From the NCBI GenBank assembly GCA_031548675.1, contig JAVBQU010000068.1:1-61620 (forward strand): a DNA stretch of 61,620 nt, read 5' to 3'. Numbering within the stretch: the first letter of the stretch is position 1; each line of letters begins with the position of its first letter. The notes below the pieces were generated by a model. The model did no database searches and was not told the origin of the DNA. It saw nothing but the letters and a program-made list of their open reading frames with translations. The translations under genes and the position numbers were made by a program. Positions 1 to 8,322 of the stretch are shown here, one piece after another. This stretch comes from Bacteroidales bacterium. GTDB lineage: Bacteria > Bacteroidota > Bacteroidia > Bacteroidales > P3.

Positions 1-143
1 TTTATGGTTATAAAGTTTAAAAGTTTATAAAGTGAATATTTTCTAGCTTATCTTGTCATTACATTTATCTGTCTCATTATTCATTCATAGTTTCTTTAGT
101 ATAATAATAAGCTATTTTCTTGCGGATTGTAATCAATAGTAAT

Positions 144-2369
144 TTATTGTATTGTCCAACGTAAACCTACATAAAATGTTCTGCCCATCAAAGGAGCCCA
201 AATGATGGATGCATCGAAATTGGGACCAAAAGGTTTATCGGCAGCCATAATCGGATGCTCCTGCACATAATTGGTAATATTTTCACAACCGGCATAAATA
301 TCGAAATATTTGAATTTACGGGTTACCTGTCCTAATAAATACAAATAAGGGTCGGAGTAAGTCGATTCGTGCGAGCCGTGCATTTTCGGCAAACGGCATT
401 TTCCATTGAACTGCGTTGTAAAATCGAACATCCATTTATCATATTTGGTAGCATACGATAATACCAATAATCCTTTCCATGGACTTATTAAAGGTTTGCT
501 TTGTAAACTTTCATCAAGAGTCATTCTTACGTCATTGTAGCGACCGGCGATGGTAACATTAAATTGTTTCAAAGGCTCAAATTTGAATTCGCCTTGCAAA
601 CTATTGGCATATGATTGGCCTGTTAAATTATAAAAGTAAACATCATGAACACTTTTATCAATATCCACCACCAATTGATTGATAAAGTCAGTACGGTAAG
701 CATCAACAGTAAAAGTAGCGGTTCTTTTGCCGATAAACTTGAAATCTTTTACAATATTGATTCCATAATTCCACGCTTCTTCTTGCTTTATATGCTCTTC
801 CAAATGAAATTTGCGTGAGCTTGCCATTAAGCCAAAGTTTTCTGCCAATTGATTAGGGGTTCTGTAACCTTTGCCTCCTGAAATACGGATAGAAAAAGTT
901 TCGGTTGGGGAATATTTAGCATGAATACGGGGAGTAACAAATCCTTTTTCAAAATAGGTATTGTAATCGTAACGCAAGCCTACAATCGCAGAAATAATAT
1001 CAGCATGATTAAATGCATATTGAGCAAATACTCCGGGTACAAATTCGTTTTTTGTAAGCAGGTATAAGCTATCTCTAAAAAAATCCTCTTTCGTTTGATT
1101 ATATTGTGCGCTTAAACCTGTACTTAACTTATGTTTCTCTGAAAAAGGTTTTTCGAGAATGGCATTAAAATAAACTTCTGTTTCTGTGCCTTTGTAAGTA
1201 GTCAATCCGTAATAAGCATCTTGGTTCAGGTATGAAGCCGAAACTTGTGTACCAATGCTGGCATCATTTCCCAACATAAAGCCATTTTTGGTAGACCCAT
1301 AAAAACGCTGCGTATTGATTCCGATTCCATATTTCACAGTATCTCCTTTGTCTTTATCTTCATTAAAACCCATCTGACCGCCCAAACGGTTTTCGTTTAC
1401 AAAATTCAATACTGTAATATTATGATATTTATCAGCATCATAAGCCCAGCGGTTTACTACATTAATTTGATTAGATTTAGGAGTATCCATAAATCCATCG
1501 TGTCCCACATGATCTATTTCTCTGCCGAAATAAGAAGCATGAGCTAAAACAGAAGTACTAAGCCTATCATTTAATTTTGCTCTGGCTATGGCGTTCATTT
1601 CTGCCCGCAGATCGGAATTGAGGTATAAATTTAAAAAGAAAGGATCTGATTTTTGAGGTTTCTTATATTCAAGGTTGATTTGACCTGTAATAGATTCATA
1701 TCCATTGATAACCGATGCGGCTCCTTTGGAAACTTGAATGGACTCCATAAATGAACCGGGTACATAACTTAAACCAAACGGAGCCGAAAGACCACGTAAA
1801 AAAGGAATGTTTTCGAGTAATAGCTGGCTGTAAATTCCGGTTAACCCAAGCATTTGAATTTGCCTTGCACCCGAAACCGCATCCGAATAACCAACATCAA
1901 CGGTTAAAGAATTTTCAAAACTTTCTGCCAAATTACAACAAGCCAATTGATTTAATCCGGCTGTAGTAATGATTTCTGTTTTAATAGGCTGTAAGCGGGA
2001 AATAAACGAAGCATCTAATTTGCCTTTAATTTCTACACTTTGCAGCAGTTGGGGATTGCTGGTTAAAATGATAGAAATATCTTGTTGAGAAGGTTCAACA
2101 GTTAAGGTATCGTTTTTATAACCTACAAAACGTACAATTAAACGATTGCTTTTTTCCGTGCGGGCTAATGAAAATTGTCCGTTTTCATCACTTACAGCAG
2201 CCTTGTCTGTTCCCAGCCACATTACATTAGCAAAAGCTAAAGGCTGTAATTTTTTTTCTTCAGTTAATTCGTGAATAGTCCCTCTCAGCAATTCTTGTGC
2301 TTGAATCTGTATAACCCATGTCATACATAATAAGGCAATAATGAAAGTCTTTATATATTGATGAATCAT
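144..2369 (-). CDS. TonB-dependent outer-membrane receptor with an N-terminal CarboxypepD_reg-like domain
   Basis: 741-aa ORF with a signal peptide ending QIQAQ. The N-terminal 'GTIHE..ANVMW..DENGQFSL..VRFVGYKNDTLTV' matches a carboxypeptidase-regulatory-like fold, followed by a plug-like segment and a long beta-barrel ending '..FYVGLRWTIQ'. A -7 box lies 40 nt upstream. Confidence 0.85.
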   Translation of the reverse strand: MIHQYIKTFIIALLCMTWVIQIQAQELLRGTIHELTEEKKLQPLAFANVMWLGTDKAAVSDENGQFSLARTEKSNRLIVRFVGYKNDTLTVEPSQQDISIILTSNPQLLQSVEIKGKLDASFISRLQPIKTEIITTAGLNQLACCNLAESFENSLTVDVGYSDAVSGARQIQMLGLTGIYSQLLLENIPFLRGLSAPFGLSYVPGSFMESIQVSKGAASVINGYESITGQINLEYKKPQKSDPFFLNLYLNSDLRAEMNAIARAKLNDRLSTSVLAHASYFGREIDHVGHDGFMDTPKSNQINVVNRWAYDADKYHNITVLNFVNENRLGGQMGFNEDKDKGDTVKYGIGINTQRFYGSTKNGFMLGNDASIGTQVSASYLNQDAYYGLTTYKGTETEVYFNAILEKPFSEKHKLSTGLSAQYNQTKEDFFRDSLYLLTKNEFVPGVFAQYAFNHADIISAIVGLRYDYNTYFEKGFVTPRIHAKYSPTETFSIRISGGKGYRTPNQLAENFGLMASSRKFHLEEHIKQEEAWNYGINIVKDFKFIGKRTATFTVDAYRTDFINQLVVDIDKSVHDVYFYNLTGQSYANSLQGEFKFEPLKQFNVTIAGRYNDVRMTLDESLQSKPLISPWKGLLVLSYATKYDKWMFDFTTQFNGKCRLPKMHGSHESTYSDPYLYLLGQVTRKFKYFDIYAGCENITNYVQEHPIMAADKPFGPNFDASIIWAPLMGRTFYVGLRWTIQ

Positions 2370-2400
2370 TTTATATCAATTATGTGTTGCGATAATTTTA

Positions 2401-2416
2401 TATCTTTGCAAAGATA
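2401..2416. promoter_or_regulatory. Perfectly palindromic Bacteroidota -7 promoter element TATCTTTGCAAAGATA (TAnnTTTG on both strands)
   Basis: TATCTTTG is read on the + strand at 2401-2408 and on the - strand at 2409-2416. The minus copy sits 40 nt upstream of the receptor ATG (2369). The plus copy faces galE (2660). Confidence 0.5.
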
Positions 2417-2650
2417 AGAAATCTTCTTTTGTTAAATTGAATGGCAAATGTTAGATTTTCACACAATACATAACACATTTTTTATGTAATACGTTTATTG
2501 CTTTTAGTATTTTTATCGACATTTATTATTATCTCGTAAATACTAAAACAGATTGTCTAAAAAGATAAAATTACACGTCACTGCGAGGAAAAATGACGAA
2601 ATATAATAGTACTTTTAGACAGACTTTTTCAAACGCTATTTTATTTATAA

Positions 2651-3682
<1,032 letters not shown>

Positions 3683-3683
3683 T

Positions 3684-4823
3684 ATGCCCAAAGTATTTGT
3701 TAGCGGCTGTTTCGATATGCTGCACAGCGGACATGTTGCTTTTTTTGAAGAAGCAGCCCAGCATGGCGATTTATATGTAGGTATCGGAGCCGATACTACT
3801 TTGTTCGAGCTTAAAGGCAGAAAGCCGATTAATACCGAGCAGGAACGTTTATATATGGTCAAAGCTTTGAAAGTCGTAAAAGATGCGTGGATAAATTCCG
3901 GAAGCGGACTTTTAGATTTTGAAGCGGATTTAAGAAAATTCAAACCGGATGTATTTTTTGTAAACGAAGACGGGCATAATTTGGATAAAGAATTATTATG
4001 CAAAGAATTAAATATAAAGTATTTGATTTCTAAAAGACTTCCTCATGGCGATTTGCCGGTTCGCTCAACTACGGCTTTGCGAAAAGAATGTAATATCCCT
4101 TATCGTATCGATTTAGCCGGAGGCTGGCTCGACCAACCTTTTATTTCGGAAAAACACGGCGGTCCTGTTTTAACTATCTCCATTGAACCTGATATTGAGT
4201 TTTTAGAACGTGCCGGTATGAGTACAAGTACCCGAAAACGGGCTATTGAATTGTGGCAAACCGATATTCCGGCAGGCGATAAAGAAAAGCAAGCCAAAAT
4301 GTTGTTCAGCTACGATAATCCTCCCGGAACTCAAAATGTAAGTGGTTCGCAAGATGCTTATGGGATTGTGTTGCCGGGTTTAAACAAATTAGATTATAAA
4401 GGAGAATATTTACCCGAAAAAGTTACCTCTATTCATACGCCTGAAATATTGCAATGGATAGAAGAACATTTGGTTTTGATTGCATTATATCCACGTCCGG
4501 CTTCGTATAATCCTTTAGAAGAAACACATGTAAGCATAGAAGGAATTAAAGCTTTGCAAGCGGCTGCTGATGATTGCTGGAATGCTATTTTGGCTCAGGA
4601 TGTGGTAAATTTCGGGAAATCGATGAAAGCAGCCTTTGATGCACAATGCCAAATGTTTCCGACCATGACGTCAGCAAAAATCCAAACCGTAATAGACCAA
4701 TATAAAAACAATGCTTTAGGTTGGAAACTCAGCGGTGCAGGCGGTGGCGGATACTTGATTTTTGTAGTTGAAAATCAAGATAAAATACAAGGGATAAAGA
4801 TTAGGATAAGAAAAAAAGACTAA
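3684..4823 (+). CDS. Fusion protein: HxGH-type cytidylyl/adenylyltransferase domain plus compact GHMP-kinase-like domain (predicted sugar kinase/nucleotidyltransferase)
   Basis: 379-aa ORF whose ATG lies 1 nt after the galE stop (TAAtATG). The N-terminus carries 'GCFDMLHSGHVAFF' (TagD/RibL/RfaE-II-like). The C-terminus carries 'YRIDLAGGWLDQP', 'AGMSTSTRK' and 'KLSGAGGGGYLIF', which resemble GHMP motifs I-III. Confidence 0.75.
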   Translation: MPKVFVSGCFDMLHSGHVAFFEEAAQHGDLYVGIGADTTLFELKGRKPINTEQERLYMVKALKVVKDAWINSGSGLLDFEADLRKFKPDVFFVNEDGHNLDKELLCKELNIKYLISKRLPHGDLPVRSTTALRKECNIPYRIDLAGGWLDQPFISEKHGGPVLTISIEPDIEFLERAGMSTSTRKRAIELWQTDIPAGDKEKQAKMLFSYDNPPGTQNVSGSQDAYGIVLPGLNKLDYKGEYLPEKVTSIHTPEILQWIEEHLVLIALYPRPASYNPLEETHVSIEGIKALQAAADDCWNAILAQDVVNFGKSMKAAFDAQCQMFPTMTSAKIQTVIDQYKNNALGWKLSGAGGGGYLIFVVENQDKIQGIKIRIRKKD

Positions 4824-4859
4824 AGATTTAAGGCATCTCTAAAATATCATCCTGTGTTT

Positions 4860-5090
4860 GTATAAGGTTTGATGCCAAAGTAAGAAGCTCCGATAATGAA
4901 GCAAAAAGGCTTGAAGTCGGAGCAAAAAGCTCCGATAGTGGAGTTCAAATCTTCGATGCCAAAGGTAAAAGGCTCGAAAGCGGAGGTAAAAGCTCCAATA
5001 TCGAAGGTTTATGCTGCGAAGCCGGAGTTCAAAGCTTTGATGGTAGAGCAAAAAGGTTCGAAGTCGGAGATAAAAGGTTTGATGCCGAAG
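4860..5090. repeat. Degenerate tandem repeat of 11 units of exactly 21 nt (consensus about NNAAAAGSYTYGAWRYNGRAG)
   Basis: Unit boundaries fall at 4860, 4881, 4902, 4923, 4944, 4965, 4986, 5007, 5028, 5049 and 5070. Example units are CAAAAAGGCTTGAAGTCGGAG, CAAAAAGCTCCGATAGTGGAG, GTAAAAGGCTCGAAAGCGGAG and CAAAAAGGTTCGAAGTCGGAG. Units 1 and 11 match at 19/21. Confidence 0.9.
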
Positions 5091-5141
5091 CTTTGAGGTG
5101 GGAGGGGGTACCTCGAAGGTGGGTATATTTTCAAAATTAAT

Positions 5142-5149
5142 TATCTTTG
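5142..5149 (+). promoter_or_regulatory. -7 promoter box TATCTTTG for the GH5 gene
   Basis: Exact TAnnTTTG match 33 nt upstream of ATG 5182. Confidence 0.5.
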
Positions 5150-5181
5150 CAGAAAGGATGTTATTTTTAATAAAATTGAAT

Positions 5182-6747
5182 ATGAGGATATTTATTCTTG
5201 CTATTTTTGGAATTCTCTTTTCCTGCCAAAATACTCAAAATCCGTCAGAAAGGATAAAGCCTGACTTAACAAAAACAGACTTTATTTACTTAAATGGAAA
5301 TCATTTTGAATTGAAAAAAGAGAAATACTTTCCTTTGATGCTCAATTATATTGTTTCGTTCAGAAACATTAATAACGAGTTTATAGTATCTCCCCATATC
5401 GATTATGAAAAGATCGATACTTTTGAAACAAATACCAAACATGATATCGAGGAACAATTAAGAGCTCATTTTCAACTTATACAAGAAATGGGGTTCAATT
5501 CCATCCGTCTGTGCTTCGACAGAATCGGTATTGATAGTAACCAATATTATTATGGTGCAGATGGCAAAGCCTATTTTATAAATACAGATTATGATAAAAT
5601 ATTAGCGGGTTTAGAAACAGCTATCCATATGGCTCATGAGAAAGGATTAAGGGTTATGCTTTTGATGAAAGCGCCTATTGAAAAGGATTTAGAAAATTTT
5701 GCCATTCATGTTTTAGAAAAGTTCAAAGATAACCCAACCATCTTTGCTTATGATTTTATGAACGAGCCTTTATATTTTGATAAAGATCCGGAACGCAAAA
5801 AAACAGGTGCTTGCAAAATTGTTACACATTGGATGGAATTGATGAACAAATATGCCCCCAATCAACTTTTTACCATCGGATTTTCAGAACCTATTGAAAC
5901 TTTTGAATGGGATCCGGCTTTACTTCCTGTCGATTTTATCTCCTTTCATACCTATCACCCCTTACGCGTAAAGAATGAAATTTATTGGTACAGCACTTAT
6001 ACAGGCAAACCTTGGATGATTGGCGAAACATCGCTGCCTGCCGATAATATTTCAATTTCATATCAAGACCAAGCCTCGTTTATGAAAGAGACTTATCAAT
6101 ATGTTGTTGATTGCGGCGGTGCCGGATTTGGGTGGTGGGATTTTCAAGAAGCAAAAGCAGGTAACTTTGAAGCCATGTACACAGGCATTCTTAACCACAA
6201 TGGAACCACCACCACTAAAGATGGAAAATATACTATCATCGGCTCAGTAAAACTGGCAGCTAAAGAAATTCAAGGCTTTTCGAAATATATTCCCAAAGAA
6301 AAAGTTCGTCCCGTAAATTATTTCAACATGATAGGGTATAACAATTATGTAATCAAAGGGAAAATCTTAAATAGAAAGACTAAAGAACCCGTAGAAGGAG
6401 CAGTTATTCGTGGATGGACGAAAACATGGATAGGAATGAACACTTTTACAGATGAGAAAGGAGAATTTAGGCTGTATAGCAATGATGAGGTTGTGCATTT
6501 TGAAATATCAGCACCTAAGATGGAAAAAATAAGATTTGATAGAGAAGGGATACAATATAAGCAGATTCTTTTAGGGAATTTCGACAAAAATAATTTGCCA
6601 GACCAGCATTTGGAATACCATCAAATAAGCTACAAAACATTTTTGAAAGATGCTGCAAAATCAGTATTCGATTTTGATGAAAGTAAATTCAATCAAGCCA
6701 AATTTGAAGCAGAAATGGAAACTTTGTATTTATTACCAATGAAGTGA
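5182..6747 (+). CDS. Glycoside hydrolase family 5-like lipoprotein with a C-terminal CarboxypepD_reg-like beta-sandwich
   Basis: The ORF is open from GTG 5098, but the -7 box at 5142 and the lipoprotein signal 'MRIFILAIFGILFSC' favour ATG 5182. Clan GH-A motifs are present: 'FNSIRLCFD', 'AYDFMNEPLY' (acid/base E) and 'WMIGETS' (nucleophile E). The C-terminus carries 'GKILNRKTKEPVEGAVIRGW..TDEKGEFRL'. Confidence 0.8.
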   Translation: MRIFILAIFGILFSCQNTQNPSERIKPDLTKTDFIYLNGNHFELKKEKYFPLMLNYIVSFRNINNEFIVSPHIDYEKIDTFETNTKHDIEEQLRAHFQLIQEMGFNSIRLCFDRIGIDSNQYYYGADGKAYFINTDYDKILAGLETAIHMAHEKGLRVMLLMKAPIEKDLENFAIHVLEKFKDNPTIFAYDFMNEPLYFDKDPERKKTGACKIVTHWMELMNKYAPNQLFTIGFSEPIETFEWDPALLPVDFISFHTYHPLRVKNEIYWYSTYTGKPWMIGETSLPADNISISYQDQASFMKETYQYVVDCGGAGFGWWDFQEAKAGNFEAMYTGILNHNGTTTTKDGKYTIIGSVKLAAKEIQGFSKYIPKEKVRPVNYFNMIGYNNYVIKGKILNRKTKEPVEGAVIRGWTKTWIGMNTFTDEKGEFRLYSNDEVVHFEISAPKMEKIRFDREGIQYKQILLGNFDKNNLPDQHLEYHQISYKTFLKDAAKSVFDFDESKFNQAKFEAEMETLYLLPMK

Positions 6748-7979
6748 TTAAATCAAAACTATATGCCATGAGGCAAAGATTTTTTCTGGATAACAAAAGA
6801 CTCATAACCATTATTGGGTGCTTCATACTGGCTGTTATTCTCAGCATACCTATTTTTGGGCATCTTAACAAGTCGCCTATCAAAATGTGGGATGAATCCC
6901 GTTTAGCCATCAATGCTTATGAAATGCAAAAAAGTGGCAATTTGATTGTTACAACACATGCCGGCGAACCAGATATGTGGAATACCAAACCTCCTTTAAT
7001 GATTTGGTGTCAAGCTTCTTTGATGAAACTCATAGGTGTTAACGAAATTGCGGTAAGACTTCCTTCGGCCATAGCAGCCTTATTTACATGTGGATTGTTG
7101 GTCGCTTTTTCTTTGATATACTTTAAGAATTTCTGGTTTGGATGTATCGCATCTCTTGTTTTAGTTACAACAAATGGGTATTTGAACCATCATGTAGCAC
7201 GCACCGGAGATTATGATTCTTTGTTGATATTTTTTATGATGGCTTACAGTATATGTCTTTTCTTATATACACAAACAGCCAGAAAAAAATATTTATATCT
7301 GTTTTTTCTTTCATTAATGCTTGCAGTACTTACTAAAGGTATTGCAGGATTAATGTTTATACCCGGATTATTAATATTCATTGCCTGCCTAAAAGAATGG
7401 TCTATTTTCTTTAAAAACAAACATTTTTATATAGGAGCAGGTATTTTTTTAATGGGAGTAGCATCTTATTACTTATTCCGCGAATACTATAATCCCGGAT
7501 ATCTTCTTACTGTTTGGAACAATGAATTAGGTGGTCGTTATCTCAAAACAATAGAAGGACACAATCATCCTTTTGATTTTTATTATAAACTTCTAAAAGA
7601 GAAGCAAGCTTATGTGTGGTTTTATATTGCTATCATCGGAAGTATAATCGGGTTATGCAGTATTGATAAAAAAACAAGAAAACTTACCCTATTTTCTTTG
7701 ATTTTGTTTTTCAGCTATTTTTTAGTTATTTCTTCCGGACAAACCAAACTTGCGTGGTATAGTGCTCCTTTTTTTCCACTAATAGCCCTCTTATCTGCAA
7801 TTATTTTCCATTTTATTTTTGTTAAACTGCAAGAAAATCAATGGATACACAAAAATTTTAAATATTATATTCCTATTTTGATTCTCATGATTGCTTTTAT
7901 TTGCCCTTACCAAAACACATTGGAAAGAGTGCAAAGTCCAAAAAAATGGATGCATGCGATGAAAATTTCTATGAAATGA
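6744..7979 (+). CDS. ArnT/PMT-like GT-C fold membrane glycosyltransferase (GT39/GT83-like), probably frame-broken near its 3' end
   Basis: 411-aa ORF whose GTG start overlaps the upstream stop (GTGA); an alternative ATG lies at 6768. It is polytopic, with the first-loop acidic motif 'WDESRLAINAYEM' and 'PPLMIW'. It terminates 33 nt after an A7 run, while the -1 frame stays open for another 110 codons. Confidence 0.8.
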   Translation: MIKSKLYAMRQRFFLDNKRLITIIGCFILAVILSIPIFGHLNKSPIKMWDESRLAINAYEMQKSGNLIVTTHAGEPDMWNTKPPLMIWCQASLMKLIGVNEIAVRLPSAIAALFTCGLLVAFSLIYFKNFWFGCIASLVLVTTNGYLNHHVARTGDYDSLLIFFMMAYSICLFLYTQTARKKYLYLFFLSLMLAVLTKGIAGLMFIPGLLIFIACLKEWSIFFKNKHFYIGAGIFLMGVASYYLFREYYNPGYLLTVWNNELGGRYLKTIEGHNHPFDFYYKLLKEKQAYVWFYIAIIGSIIGLCSIDKKTRKLTLFSLILFFSYFLVISSGQTKLAWYSAPFFPLIALLSAIIFHFIFVKLQENQWIHKNFKYYIPILILMIAFICPYQNTLERVQSPKKWMHAMKISMK

Positions 7980-8278
7980 GCTATTTTCTACGAGATATTT
8001 CAAAATCAAAGAAAACACTTAAGGCAGATTATATTTTATTCGATGGAAATGATATGTATTATTTAGAGTATTGTTCTGCTCACTTGCAGTTTTATATGAA
8101 TATATTAAAGGAAAAAGGAATTAATATCAATTTCAAGGATTATAGGGACTTGGACACAGGAAATAAAGTAATGACATCGGATTCAAACATTAAAAAATAT
8201 TTATTGAAACATTATAATTATAGTATTATTAATATGGATGGGAATATTGAAGCTTATCTTATCAAAGGCAAAATATAA
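7901..8278 (+). CDS. Probable C-terminal segment of the preceding GT-C gene (reached by a -1 frame change at A7), or alternatively an independent 110-aa ORF from ATG 7946
   Basis: 125-aa ORF with only a TTG at 7901. The first ATG (7946) lies inside the A7 junction and overlaps the upstream ORF by 34-79 nt. No promoter box of its own was seen. Confidence 0.5.
   Translation: MPLPKHIGKSAKSKKMDACDENFYEMSYFLRDISKSKKTLKADYILFDGNDMYYLEYCSAHLQFYMNILKEKGININFKDYRDLDTGNKVMTSDSNIKKYLLKHYNYSIINMDGNIEAYLIKGKI
7940..7946 (+). other. A7 homopolymer forming the zero-frame heptamer A AAA AAA at the junction of ORFs 6744-7979 and 7901-8278
   Basis: The zero frame reads CCA AAA AAA TGG. The -1 frame reads TCC AAA AAA ATG GAT GCA and continues open to 8278. 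Confidence 0.6.
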
Positions 8279-8322
8279 TTGCAGTTTATTTTCTCAATAA
8301 TACAACATCAAAATCTCTGGAT

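Noticed and set aside
2370-2400. Riboswitch (cobalamin or TPP type) in front of the TonB-dependent receptor
   Set aside because: The -7 box is only 40 nt from the ATG, leaving a leader far too short for a riboswitch aptamer.
4860-5090. CRISPR array
   Set aside because: The 21-nt units are contiguous with no spacers and are degenerate rather than identical, and I recognised no Cas protein among the ORF translations.
4839-5096. Track ORFs 4896-5096 (+, 66 aa, heptad-like KGxKSEx repeats) and 4839-5051 (-, 70 aa) as small repeat proteins
   Set aside because: They stay open only because the 21-nt DNA repeat is a multiple of 3. Units 1-2 contain in-frame stops, variation among units is not biased to third codon positions, both strands are equally open, and no promoter box precedes them.
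5098-5181. GTG 5098 as the start of the GH5 gene
   Set aside because: The extension overlaps the -7 promoter box at 5142-5149 and adds a non-signal-like N-terminus. ATG 5182 gives a canonical lipoprotein signal peptide.
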